From Copranaerobaculum intestinale (lineage in GTDB: Bacteria > Bacillota_I > Bacilli_A > Erysipelotrichales > Erysipelotrichaceae): DNA of 32,000 nt. The DNA lies in contig NZ_WUUQ01000007.1 of NCBI RefSeq assembly GCF_009831105.1, forward strand, positions 45,170 through 77,169, written 5' to 3'. The notes beneath the pieces are model-generated. The model was not told the origin of the DNA. It was given only the letters and a program-made list of their open reading frames with translations, and did no database searches. The translations under genes and the position numbers were made by a program. Positions 23,117-31,854 of this stretch are shown piece after piece (within the stretch, counting starts at the first letter, position 1; each line of letters starts with the position of its first letter).

Positions 23117-25108
23117 GTGGAAAAACAATTAAAGCGAGATGCATTTTTTCATTATCATTTTTTATCAGATGTAACCTATGCGCCAAACGGTAAGCGTTAT
23201 GCATATATTGATGCGCAGGCTGATACCGAACATAATGCGTATACAAGAAATCTTCATATCGGGGTTCAAGGCAAGACCACACCGCTTACTGCTGATGGAA
23301 AAGTTGAAGCATTTATCTGGGATGACAAGGACACTATCTTATTTTCGGCGATGCGTGATGAAGCGATCCGCAAAAAAGTTGAAGCTGGAGAAGAGTGGAC
23401 GAGCTTTTATCGGATTTCCATAAAGGGCGGAGAAGCACAGCCGGCTTTTGCTGTTCCGCTGAACGTTCAGAAAATAGAAAAGGTAAAAAAGGGTGTTTAT
23501 CTCTTGATGGTTTTATATGACCTGAATTATTCGGATATGTATGCCTGCAAGGAAAAAGCCAAAGGGCAGCTGCTGAAGCAGAAGCAGGATAGCCGTGACT
23601 ATGAAGTGATTGATGAACTGCCTTACACTTTTAATGGAATGGGGTATATCAACAAAAAACGCATGTCCTTATTTTTATATCAGGAAAGCAGTGGGAAGCT
23701 GACCAGAATCAGTGATCGAAATATGGCAGTATCCCATACTGCCTGGAATGATGATCATACGTTACTCTACTACAGCGGATATGCTTATCAAACAGTAAAG
23801 GAAGATAAAGAGGGAATTTATGCATATGATCTGACCGCAAAAGAAACTTCTGAAATTGTAGCACCTCATCAATACGAATTGTATGATCTGCAAGTGTGGA
23901 ATAATCAGCTGTTTTTTGCCGGAACGGAAACGAAACGGTATGGCTTGAATGAAAATCCGTGGTTTTATACAGTGGATGGAAATAAGTGCGTACAGCTGCT
24001 TGCTGAGAATGAAAATACACTGGGAAGCAGTGTTGGCAGTGACTGCCGGCTGGGAGCAGGGCGATATGCATTAATCATTCATGATCAATATTTTTATATC
24101 ACGACACAAAACGGCGATTCCTGCCTTTATGCAATGGATAAACAGGGCAGACAGCAAAAAATCGCTGCATACACAGGCAGTATTGACTGCTTCGACATCA
24201 ATCAAGAGGATATCATTTGGGTTGGTATGAAGGAACAGCAGCTTCAGGAAATCTATCACCAACAGCTAAATAGTTCAAATATGGAACAGCTGACACATAT
24301 ACATGCGAAAATGATGCAGGATGTTTATACGGCAAAACCGCAGCTAATTCAGTTTCATCGCGATGGCTATGATCTTCAGGGCTGGGTGTTGCTGCCAAAG
24401 GGTTATGATACCAAAAAGCAATATCCGGCAATTCTGGATATTCATGGCGGACCGAAAACCGTATATGGAGAAGTGTTCTATCATGAGATGCAGGTATGGG
24501 CCAATGAAGGTTATTTTGTGTGCTTTATGAATCCTCGCGGATCAGATGGCCGAGGCAATGCCTTCGCGGATATTTACGGTAAATATGGGACAGGTGATTA
24601 TGAAGATTTGATGATGTTTACGGATGAAGTACTGCGAGCGTACCCGCAGATCGATGAAAAACGGTTCGGAGTTACCGGCGGCTCCTACGGCGGTTTTATG
24701 ACCAACTGGATTATCGGTCATACCAAGCGCTTTGCGGCTGCGGCTTCTCAGCGTTCGATAGCCAATTGGATCGCTTTTGAGCATACTTCTGATATCGGAC
24801 CGGATTTCACGAAGGATCAGCAGCGTGCAAGTACCTGGGAGAACCTTGAAAAATTGTGGTTCCATTCTCCTTTGCAATATGCTGATCAAGTAGTCACACC
24901 AACCTTGTTTATCCATAGTGATGAAGATTACCGTTGTCCTTTAAGCGAGGGACAACAGATGGTATCGGCATTGATGGAGCATGGGGTAGAAACCAGAATG
25001 GTAATGTTCAAAGGAGAAAATCATGAGCTGAGCCGCAGTGGTAAACCGCTTCATCGGCTGCGCCGCTTGAATGAGATAACTGACTGGATGAATCATTATC
25101 TAAAATAA
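23117..25108 (+). CDS. S9-family serine peptidase (prolyl oligopeptidase / acylaminoacyl-peptidase type: beta-propeller plus alpha/beta-hydrolase)
   Basis: Nucleophile elbow GGSYGG, Asp in HSDEDYRCP, His in GENHEL. AAGGGGG Shine-Dalgarno 7 nt before GTG 23117. Confidence 0.85.
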   Translation: MEKQLKRDAFFHYHFLSDVTYAPNGKRYAYIDAQADTEHNAYTRNLHIGVQGKTTPLTADGKVEAFIWDDKDTILFSAMRDEAIRKKVEAGEEWTSFYRISIKGGEAQPAFAVPLNVQKIEKVKKGVYLLMVLYDLNYSDMYACKEKAKGQLLKQKQDSRDYEVIDELPYTFNGMGYINKKRMSLFLYQESSGKLTRISDRNMAVSHTAWNDDHTLLYYSGYAYQTVKEDKEGIYAYDLTAKETSEIVAPHQYELYDLQVWNNQLFFAGTETKRYGLNENPWFYTVDGNKCVQLLAENENTLGSSVGSDCRLGAGRYALIIHDQYFYITTQNGDSCLYAMDKQGRQQKIAAYTGSIDCFDINQEDIIWVGMKEQQLQEIYHQQLNSSNMEQLTHIHAKMMQDVYTAKPQLIQFHRDGYDLQGWVLLPKGYDTKKQYPAILDIHGGPKTVYGEVFYHEMQVWANEGYFVCFMNPRGSDGRGNAFADIYGKYGTGDYEDLMMFTDEVLRAYPQIDEKRFGVTGGSYGGFMTNWIIGHTKRFAAAASQRSIANWIAFEHTSDIGPDFTKDQQRASTWENLEKLWFHSPLQYADQVVTPTLFIHSDEDYRCPLSEGQQMVSALMEHGVETRMVMFKGENHELSRSGKPLHRLRRLNEITDWMNHYLK

Positions 25109-25128
25109 CTGCTTCGGCAGTTTTTTTT
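25107..25128 (+). terminator. Rho-independent terminator
   Basis: AACTGC-ttcg-GCAGTT followed by T8. Confidence 0.7.
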
Positions 25129-25196
25129 ATAAAAGACAAATGAAATGAAACAATTTGAAGGGCTGTGTGGTATAACAAGTGAAAGGGGTTGATAAT

Positions 25197-25685
25197 ATGG
25201 CTATACAGCGAAAGGAAGAGGCGGAGCGAATTGTTGACACATATGGTGATGCCGTTTATAAATTTGCCCTTTCTCTCACCCGTCATAAAGATGTTGCCGA
25301 TGATGTGTTCCAGGAGGTATTTCTGCGATATATGAAAAAACGTCCAGTTTTCGAAAATGAAAAGCATGCCCGCGCTTGGTTCTATATCGTTACGAAAAAC
25401 TGCTGCCGCACCCATTTTATGAGCGCCTTTATCCGTCACAGCGCTCCGCTCGATCAGGAAATCCCCTTTCTGAACGACCCTGATTATAAGCTGTATCAAT
25501 ATGTGCTGGAGCTGCCGGTGAAATACCGTATAGTCATTCATTTATTTTATTACGAAGGCTACTCAACGCGCGAAATAGCTGCCATACTCAAGAAGAAAGA
25601 GGCAACCGTCCGCACCCAACTGAAACGGGCAAGGACATTGCTGAAAAAAGGGATGGAAGGAAGTGATTCACTTGAAAACCTATAA
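25197..25685 (+). CDS. ECF-type RNA polymerase sigma-70 family factor
   Basis: Region 2 (YGDAVYKFALSLTRHKDVADDVFQEVFLRY...ARAWFYIVTKN) and region 4 (LPVKYRIVIHLFYYEGYSTREIAAILKKKEATVRTQLKRAR). Confidence 0.85.
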   Translation: MAIQRKEEAERIVDTYGDAVYKFALSLTRHKDVADDVFQEVFLRYMKKRPVFENEKHARAWFYIVTKNCCRTHFMSAFIRHSAPLDQEIPFLNDPDYKLYQYVLELPVKYRIVIHLFYYEGYSTREIAAILKKKEATVRTQLKRARTLLKKGMEGSDSLENL

Positions 25686-26400
25686 AGAAATCAATGAAAA
25701 AATAATGGTACCAAAGGAAGTAAGAAATGCAACTGTCGATAAAATGATATACAAACAAAAACCGAACTATGTAAAAGTGATTTTAAGCTTGGCCTGTATG
25801 CTGCTTATTGCGTTGGGCACCTTGCAGGTTATGAAAATGGTACAGTCCTCATCGCCGAAAATGGATACTGGGCAAACCGCAGTCAAGCATAAACAGTTTC
25901 ATATAAAAGATTATTTAGTACCAAAGCAAGATGAAGTATCAACATCAAAAATTTTTGGTATGATTTCAGATTTAGATACCGATCCGATGGGGAAAGAAAT
26001 GCTGGAAACCATTCAGAATGATTTTCCTACCGTAGAACATCTAATAGTACCGAAGGGTTTCGAATCGAAATTATTTTATCGCCAATTCAAACGTGGTGAA
26101 AACTATGAAAAATTGGAAAAGGGATATCCGTTAATCGATTATTATGCGGAAAAAGGTGATTATACACTGACCTTGCGAATCCAGGATAATCATATTCCTC
26201 AGTGTGTGATTCGAGATGGCGGAGAACCTTATCTGAAAGGCTACAAGGGTTATCAGATTGCTGTATCAGAAGGTACCGATCAGGAAGGAAATAAACTCTT
26301 TTGGGCATACGGCACTTATAAGAACTATGATATTGAAATTTATGCGATGGTTGAACGTGCCGCTGATTTTGAGCAGTTTATGCAAAGCTTCTTGAAATAG
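25663..26400 (+). CDS. Putative anti-sigma factor: short cytoplasmic N-terminus, one TM, extracytoplasmic domain of about 180 aa and unknown fold
   Basis: Overlaps the sigma gene by 23 nt. TM is VKVILSLACMLLIALGTLQV. No zinc-binding HxxxCxxC motif. The start codon is uncertain (GTG 25663 or ATG 25705). Confidence 0.5.
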   Translation: MIHLKTYKEINEKIMVPKEVRNATVDKMIYKQKPNYVKVILSLACMLLIALGTLQVMKMVQSSSPKMDTGQTAVKHKQFHIKDYLVPKQDEVSTSKIFGMISDLDTDPMGKEMLETIQNDFPTVEHLIVPKGFESKLFYRQFKRGENYEKLEKGYPLIDYYAEKGDYTLTLRIQDNHIPQCVIRDGGEPYLKGYKGYQIAVSEGTDQEGNKLFWAYGTYKNYDIEIYAMVERAADFEQFMQSFLK

Positions 26401-26473
26401 CATTCATTTTCATATGACAAATTCTAACCTCCCATGATATGATAATGCGGATGATAATTTAGGGAGGCTTTTC

Positions 26474-27334
26474 ATGAAACGTAGTCAAGCGAATGGGATA
26501 TTGATTCTGGTTGCAATGGTTTGGGGAGCGGGCTTTATTGCCACAGACGGGGCATTGGAGGGGTTTACTCCTTTTTGGATGGTGAGCATCCGATTTGTGA
26601 TTGCTGGTTTGCTTTTATTGCCCTTTGCCTGGAGCGGGCTTCGCGGGGTATCCTCCCATGATATCGGAAAGGGTTGTCTGGCGGGCATCCTGCTGTTTCT
26701 GGCATTTGCTTTTCAGACCATTGGGCTGCAATATACAACCCCCAGCAAAAACGCCTTTTTGACTGCGGTCAATGTTGTGCTGGTACCGTATTTGATTTGG
26801 CTGCTGATGAAGCATAGACCTACCAGAAAACAGGTGCTGTGTTCACTGACCTGCATGATCGGTGTAGCGCTGCTGACCTTAGATGGAGGCCTGTCTAACT
26901 TCTCTAAGGGTGATGTATTATCACTGATTTGTGCTGTATTTTTTGCTTTGCATATGATGTCACTGGAGCGCTATTCCCATATACCGCCGCTGTCGCTGAC
27001 TGCACTTCAGCTATTGAGTGCCGGCATATCCGCTACTCTGATTGCCTTATGCACAGAACCTTTTCCGCACTTACCGTCAACTAAGGCTTTCGGTTCTTTG
27101 CTGTTCTTGATTTTTGGTTCTACACTATTAGCTTATCTATTGCAAACATGGGCTCAGCAGCATACCAGTGCCAACACGACATCACTAATTCTTACAATGG
27201 AAGCCTTATTCGCGTCATTGTTTTCCTTTTTGCTTCTGCATGAAGTAATGAGTGTGAAAATGATTATCGGCGGACTGATCATCTTTGCTTCAGTTGTCAT
27301 CATGGAATGGCATCCAAAAGGAAATCAGTTATGA
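26474..27334 (+). CDS. DMT-superfamily transporter (two EamA domains, 10 TM)
   Basis: EamA-like repeats (GILILVAMVWGAGFIAT..., FQTIGLQYTTPSKNAFLT, TWAQQHTSANTTSLILTMEALFAS). Confidence 0.85.
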   Translation: MKRSQANGILILVAMVWGAGFIATDGALEGFTPFWMVSIRFVIAGLLLLPFAWSGLRGVSSHDIGKGCLAGILLFLAFAFQTIGLQYTTPSKNAFLTAVNVVLVPYLIWLLMKHRPTRKQVLCSLTCMIGVALLTLDGGLSNFSKGDVLSLICAVFFALHMMSLERYSHIPPLSLTALQLLSAGISATLIALCTEPFPHLPSTKAFGSLLFLIFGSTLLAYLLQTWAQQHTSANTTSLILTMEALFASLFSFLLLHEVMSVKMIIGGLIIFASVVIMEWHPKGNQL

Positions 27335-27538
27335 GTTTGGTTAACCATATGGCCGATCGCATATAGAATTGTACCAGGAGCTATTAATTAAGGCATTGGT
27401 CGGTGAGGGACAGCGTCATCAATTTGAATTATTAATCGCTGCTTCAGGCGTGAATGATGTTTTGTTTAATTTGATTGAAAATATATCGGTTATTTATGAT
27501 ATCAGGGTTAAAAAATTTATAAATAAAAATAGGCATAG

Positions 27539-27566
27539 CAAAGCAGGGTGAAAATCCTGCTTTTTG
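27539..27566 (+). terminator. Rho-independent terminator about 200 nt downstream of the DMT gene
   Basis: AAGCAGG-gtgaaaat-CCTGCTT followed by TTTGT. Confidence 0.6.
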
Positions 27567-27622
27567 TATTTTATGTTCTTTTTTTGATTTCTCAGATTAC
27601 TACTTTTCAATTTTGCCATTTG

Positions 27623-27631
27623 TGATATAAT
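27623..27631 (+). promoter_or_regulatory. Extended -10 promoter element upstream of the hydrogenase gene
   Basis: TGaTATAAT, about 50 nt upstream of the GGAGGAGG Shine-Dalgarno. Confidence 0.4.
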
Positions 27632-27683
27632 TAACATGCTTAAATTTTACAAGTAAACGGAAGGATTATGGAGGAGGAAAATC

Positions 27684-29138
27684 ATGTCTTTATTTGACCA
27701 TGAAGCACGGCAGTTTAAATTTGATGTTTTGCGTGAAGTTTCTAAGCGTACCTTTGAAGGAAAGCTGAATGAGGATGTGTGTGATGAACTGGCGCACATG
27801 CTGATTCCGACCAATCATGCAGAGTTTCGCTGCTGTGTATATAAAGAACGCGAGATTATTCGTCAGCGGGCCCGTATGGCAATGGGGAAAACACCGCAGG
27901 CGACAGGTAGCCATGACAGCAAGCAGATCGTTAAAGTAATTGAGGCAGCATGTGATGGTTGTACGATCCGTAAGATTCAGGTAACGGATAACTGCCGTAA
28001 ATGTATGGCAAAGGCCTGTGTTGCCGCATGTAAATTTGATGCGATGAAAATGGGGCCAGATCACGCCTATATTGATTATGCAAAATGTAAAGAATGCGGA
28101 GCTTGTGTCAATGCATGCCCGTTTAATGCAATCGTAGAAACGCAGCGTCCGTGCAAAAAGAGCTGCCCGGTAGATGCGATCAGCATGGATGATAACGGCT
28201 TGGCTGTCATCGATGAAAGCAAATGTATTAACTGCGGAGCCTGCCAGGCCAAGTGTCCATTTGGTGCAATTGAAGATATGTCATGGATGGTGCCGGTTAT
28301 CGAGCGTTTGAAACAAGATGATAAAGTAATCGCAATTGTTGCGCCGGCAATTCAGGGACAGTTTGAAAATGCGACCTTGCCGCAGATCAAGCATGCGATC
28401 CGCAGACTGGGCTTTTCAAAGGTATTGGAGGCAGCAATTGGCGCGGATGCAGTTGCCTGGTATGAAAAGGAAGATCTAAAAAAACATATCGCGGAAGGGG
28501 AAAAGCTGACTACATCCTGCTGCCCGGCATTTGTCAATATGGCAAAGCTGCATTTCCCTACTGTGTATGAAAAGAATGTATCGAAAATGGTTTCACCGAT
28601 GGTAGCGCTGGGACGTTATCTGAAACACGAGTATCCGGATCATGCAGTAGTCTTTATCGGTCCGTGCGTAGCAAAAAAACAGGAAGCGCAGGAGAATGAA
28701 TCAATCGATTTCGTTTTAACTTTTGAAGAATTAGCCGCCATGTTAATTTCTCAGAGCATTAATCCGGAGCAGGAAATCCCAGAAGAAGGAGACTTTGCTT
28801 CTGTTTACGGACGCGGCTTCGCAATTGGCGGCGGTGTTTCCAAAGCTGTCGTAGAAGCATTGAACGAAAATAACGATGATGTGAAAGTAACCGGAGTGTA
28901 TGCGGATGGCAGTGCAGAATGCAAAAAAAATCTGATGATCATGAAGGTTGGCCGGTTCCAAGCGGATATATTAGAAGGTATGGCGTGTGTCGGCGGTTGT
29001 GTCAGCGGGCCTGCTACGATTGAAAATGCCAATAAGACAAAACAGCGAATGGCGAAGGAAAACGCGGCTTTCAAGGACGATAAAATCTGCGGAACTCTCA
29101 AACATTTTGATTTTACTGATATTGATTTACACAAATAA
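27684..29138 (+). CDS. [FeFe]-hydrogenase family protein (N-terminal Cys-containing region, ferredoxin-like 4Fe-4S domains, compact H-cluster domain)
   Basis: Two CxxCxxCxxxCP motifs (CKECGACVNACP, CINCGACQAKCP) plus extra Cys clusters. H-cluster motifs are L1 TSCCPAFV, L2 GPCVAKKQE, L3 EGMACVGGCVSGP. Confidence 0.8.
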   Translation: MSLFDHEARQFKFDVLREVSKRTFEGKLNEDVCDELAHMLIPTNHAEFRCCVYKEREIIRQRARMAMGKTPQATGSHDSKQIVKVIEAACDGCTIRKIQVTDNCRKCMAKACVAACKFDAMKMGPDHAYIDYAKCKECGACVNACPFNAIVETQRPCKKSCPVDAISMDDNGLAVIDESKCINCGACQAKCPFGAIEDMSWMVPVIERLKQDDKVIAIVAPAIQGQFENATLPQIKHAIRRLGFSKVLEAAIGADAVAWYEKEDLKKHIAEGEKLTTSCCPAFVNMAKLHFPTVYEKNVSKMVSPMVALGRYLKHEYPDHAVVFIGPCVAKKQEAQENESIDFVLTFEELAAMLISQSINPEQEIPEEGDFASVYGRGFAIGGGVSKAVVEALNENNDDVKVTGVYADGSAECKKNLMIMKVGRFQADILEGMACVGGCVSGPATIENANKTKQRMAKENAAFKDDKICGTLKHFDFTDIDLHK

Positions 29139-29159
29139 GAGACGATATGTCTCTTTTTT
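29137..29159 (+). terminator. Rho-independent terminator
   Basis: AAGAGAC-gatat-GTCTCTT followed by TTTT. Confidence 0.7.
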
Positions 29160-29222
29160 AATTTCAACAGGTATCGACAGAATTCGCTGTAAATTCATGC
29201 TAGGATGATTCAAGGTGATGGT

Positions 29223-29603
29223 ATGAAATATCAATTATATGCAGTAAAGGATACCTTTCAGGAAATCATGCAAGATCGTGAAGAGCTGTTTTACGAGCTG
29301 CTGTCTCTGTGTGACGAACAGCAGCTTGATGTGATGCTGGAGCGCTTTGATGCGCAGGCGATCTATAAAGGATGTATCAGCCTGCTGGAGGATGATACTC
29401 TTGATCTTCAAAATAATGACATTACGATGTATCGTCCTTTTCATGATGAATTTTTCCATATGCGAGTATTTGATCATGTTATCGAATTGAATGATTATGA
29501 AAGCAGTCCGTTTTATCATTATCTGATGCGATTGCATCGGGAATACGTTATTGTAGACGAATTTGCACATGTTCATTATCAAAAGTATTGTAAAAACATG
29601 TAA
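29223..29603 (+). CDS. Acidic, His/Tyr/Phe-rich cytoplasmic protein of unknown function
   Basis: 126 aa from ATG 29223 (MKYQLYAV...). No TM and no motif recognised. The start could also be 29205. Confidence 0.5.
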   Translation: MKYQLYAVKDTFQEIMQDREELFYELLSLCDEQQLDVMLERFDAQAIYKGCISLLEDDTLDLQNNDITMYRPFHDEFFHMRVFDHVIELNDYESSPFYHYLMRLHREYVIVDEFAHVHYQKYCKNM

Positions 29604-29643
29604 TTAATAGTAGAATATTAAGGTATATGAGGAGGATTTATAC

Positions 29644-29865
29644 ATGGGATCAACATTTGTAACATCGCTGGTAAGTCTGATTGTTGGTGGTATCATCGGA
29701 GCAGTACTGGGCTTCTATTTCACCAAGAAAAAGTTTGAAAAAGAATTGAAGGAGAATCCGCCTATCAATGAGAAAATGATCCGCGCCATGTTCCTGCAGA
29801 TGGGTAGAAAGCCGTCGGAAGCACAGATCAAACAGATAATGAAATCAATGAATATCAACAAATAA
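29644..29865 (+). CDS. yneF: UPF0154 family small membrane protein (YneF-like)
   Basis: N-terminal TM followed by the conserved ENPPINEKMIRAMFLQMGRKPSEAQIKQIMKSM. GAGGAGGA Shine-Dalgarno. Confidence 0.8.
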   Translation: MGSTFVTSLVSLIVGGIIGAVLGFYFTKKKFEKELKENPPINEKMIRAMFLQMGRKPSEAQIKQIMKSMNINK

Positions 29866-29887
29866 AGTACCGGTGAGGTACTTTTTT
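29866..29887 (+). terminator. Rho-independent terminator
   Basis: AGTACC-ggtga-GGTACT followed by T6. Confidence 0.7.
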
Positions 29888-29933
29888 CTAACACAAATGT
29901 AAGATAGTAAACATTAATTCGGGTTATGTTATA

Positions 29934-30644
29934 ATGAAATCAGGTGATATGATGAAATATGTTAAGCGATTTCTTGTTGTCCTACTGGCATTGTTCATAC
30001 TGCTTGGTGTCACGCTTGGCGTAATCGGATACCGTGAATTTAAACGGGTGACAGACCAAATAAGCATACAAGACAAAGTAGCGGAGATCCGTGATCAGGA
30101 GCATTTTGTAAATTATAAAGATATAGCACCACAGCTGCTTCAGGCAACGGTTGCGATCGAAGATCGTCGTTTTTATGACCACGGCGGGATTGATGTGATC
30201 GGCTTGGGGAGAGCGCTGCTGGATAATATTACGGCAAAAAAAGTAGTTGGCGGCGGCAGTACGATTACGCAGCAGCTGGCGAAGAATATGTATTTTGGCT
30301 ATGAAACAAATATCACCAGAAAAATGGGCGAATTTTTTGTTGCCCGTGAACTCGAGAGTAAGTATACAAAAAAGGAAATTTTAGAATTATATGTAAATAT
30401 TATCAACTATGGTGATAATCATATCGGGATATGGGAGGCGAGTCAGGGCTATTATCAATGTATGCCTAGCGAGCTTACTTTGAAACAAGCATCTATGCTG
30501 GCGGGTATCCCACAATCACCATCTAATTTTCAGTTGAGTGATCATCTTGAAAGTGCTCGTACCCGTCAGAAAGCCGTGCTGGAAGCGATGGTCAAGGAAG
30601 ATATGATTACGTATGCAGAATCTGTTCAGGCGCGTGATCATTAA
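29934..30644 (+). CDS. Monofunctional peptidoglycan glycosyltransferase (GT51)
   Basis: N-terminal TM. GT51 motifs AIEDRRFYDHGGID, GGSTITQQLAKN, RKMGEFFVARELE and AGIPQSPS. The start is uncertain (29934, 29949 or 29952). Confidence 0.85.
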   Translation: MKSGDMMKYVKRFLVVLLALFILLGVTLGVIGYREFKRVTDQISIQDKVAEIRDQEHFVNYKDIAPQLLQATVAIEDRRFYDHGGIDVIGLGRALLDNITAKKVVGGGSTITQQLAKNMYFGYETNITRKMGEFFVARELESKYTKKEILELYVNIINYGDNHIGIWEASQGYYQCMPSELTLKQASMLAGIPQSPSNFQLSDHLESARTRQKAVLEAMVKEDMITYAESVQARDH

Positions 30645-30674
30645 TGCATTTATGATCAAAAGGAGGTTATGGCA

Positions 30675-31169
30675 ATGGAGAATGAGCTGCACTTTCGATA
30701 TGCAACCGCTGAGGATGTTCCTTTGATTCTAGAATTTATCAAAAAGCTCGCAGCATATGAAAAAATGCTGGATGAAGTTGTAGCAACGGAGGAGCTTTTA
30801 CAAGCGTGGCTGTTTGAAAAAGCAAAGGCTGAAGTAATTTTTGCTGTGAAGGGAAAACTGGAAATTGGCTTCGCGCTGTTCTTTCATAATTTTTCAACCT
30901 TTTTGGGACGTTCCGGCATCTATCTGGAAGATTTATATATTGAACCTGAATATCGCGGCAACGGATATGGTCGTGCTACCCTGAAGCAGCTTGCAAAGAT
31001 AGCGGTTGAGCGCGGCTGCGGTAGATTGGAGTGGTGGTGTTTAGACTGGAATCAACCCAGCATAGATTTTTATCGGTTGATGGGAGCAGAACCGATGAAG
31101 GATTGGACGGTATATCGCATCGCCGGTGATACGCTGAAGCAATTGACCGATTCCAATATTCCAGAATAA
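30675..31169 (+). CDS. GNAT-family N-acetyltransferase (diamine/SSAT-like)
   Basis: IYLEDLYIEPEYRGNGYGRATL (Q/RxxGxG/A motif) and NQPSIDFYRLMGA. AGGAGG lies 8 nt before ATG 30675; the ATG at 30669 is only 2 nt from the Shine-Dalgarno. Confidence 0.8.
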   Translation: MENELHFRYATAEDVPLILEFIKKLAAYEKMLDEVVATEELLQAWLFEKAKAEVIFAVKGKLEIGFALFFHNFSTFLGRSGIYLEDLYIEPEYRGNGYGRATLKQLAKIAVERGCGRLEWWCLDWNQPSIDFYRLMGAEPMKDWTVYRIAGDTLKQLTDSNIPE

Positions 31170-31473
31170 ATGTTTGAGTAACTGATATCGAAATTTGTTT
31201 AAAATGAATATAAGGATATGATGGTTATTATCATAAGATTTAATGCATTCTGATTGCAAGACTTCACAATGTTTGACAATGAAAAGTAAAAATATAAATA
31301 TAAGTTGATTTTCATAATAAGATAAACTTACCGCAAAAGCTCAAGCTAAAGCAGAATTGAAAGAACTTAGTGACGTTGAGGAATACATCAGACAAGCTAC
31401 CTGCTAAAACAGAAAAAGGGATGCATTGGATTCGGGGAACTGAGGATTTGTTACATATGTTGATATCATTATG

Positions 31474-31510
31474 AAAAAAATAGCAGCCATCTTAAATGAC
31501 TGCTTTTTTT
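31474..31510. terminator. Bidirectional hairpin downstream of tRNA-Leu
   Basis: A7 followed by AGCAGCCAT-cttaa-ATGACTGCT (one mismatch) and T7. Confidence 0.55.
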
Positions 31511-31515
31511 ATAAA

Positions 31516-31602
31516 TGGTGCCCGAGGCCGGACTCGAACCGGCATGGATTTAACTCCGCAGCATTTTGAGTGCTGTGCGTATACCAATTTCGCCACTCGG
31601 GC
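31516..31602 (-). tRNA. tRNA-Leu (anticodon CAA), type II with a long variable arm and encoded CCA
   Basis: Reverse complement is GCCCGAG-TG-GCGAAATTGGTATACGC-A-CAGCA-CTCAAAA-TGCTG-CGGAGTTAAATCCAT-GCCGG-TTCGAGT-CCGGC-CTCGGGC-A-CCA. All four stems pair and the T-loop is TTCGAGT. Confidence 0.92.
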
Positions 31603-31612
31603 ATGCCACGAT

Positions 31613-31641
31613 ATTATAGCTTATTTTTTTCAAAAGGACAA
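31613..31641 (-). promoter_or_regulatory. Candidate promoter for tRNA-Leu
   Basis: On the minus strand: TTGTCC, 17 nt, TATAAT. The -10 ends about 10 nt before the mature 5' end. Confidence 0.4.
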
Positions 31642-31854
31642 TCCATAAAATGAAAAAAATATAAATTTTTGTTTTCTGACTATAATTGGGGTAATAATAG
31701 CAGAAACAAAACGAATAGGAAAAAAATTCTAATTTCTGTATAGCAATTCTTAAAAAAATGATATATAATAATATCACCCTCGTTTCGGTTATACGAAAAC
31801 GAAGCATAAATCCATGTGTGATGAAACAAAATGTTAAAAAAGTTAACTTTCTTG

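Noticed and set aside
26426-26470. A possible RBS-sequestering hairpin (CCTCCC 26428-33 pairing with the GGGAGG Shine-Dalgarno 26462-67) upstream of the DMT transporter.
   Set aside because: It has only 6 bp, a loop of about 28 nt and no supporting alternative structure. It is likely a chance complement to the Shine-Dalgarno.
27369-27551. 60-aa TTG-initiated ORF between the DMT gene and the hydrogenase promoter.
   Set aside because: It has no Shine-Dalgarno, a non-ATG start and no recognisable fold. The region is more simply the 3' UTR of the DMT gene, ending at the 27539..27566 terminator. A decayed gene fragment cannot be excluded.
2743-29582. Numerous antisense or embedded track ORFs (for example 2743..3120, 4408..4938, 5408..5762, 7335..7731, 10617..11018, 14143..14487, 15113..15490, 16316..16702, 17434..17820, 23709..24916, 25008..25541, 27690..28064, 28805..29167, 29235..29582).
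   Set aside because: Each lies fully inside a well-supported gene on the other strand or frame. They lack Shine-Dalgarno sequences and have no recognisable motifs.
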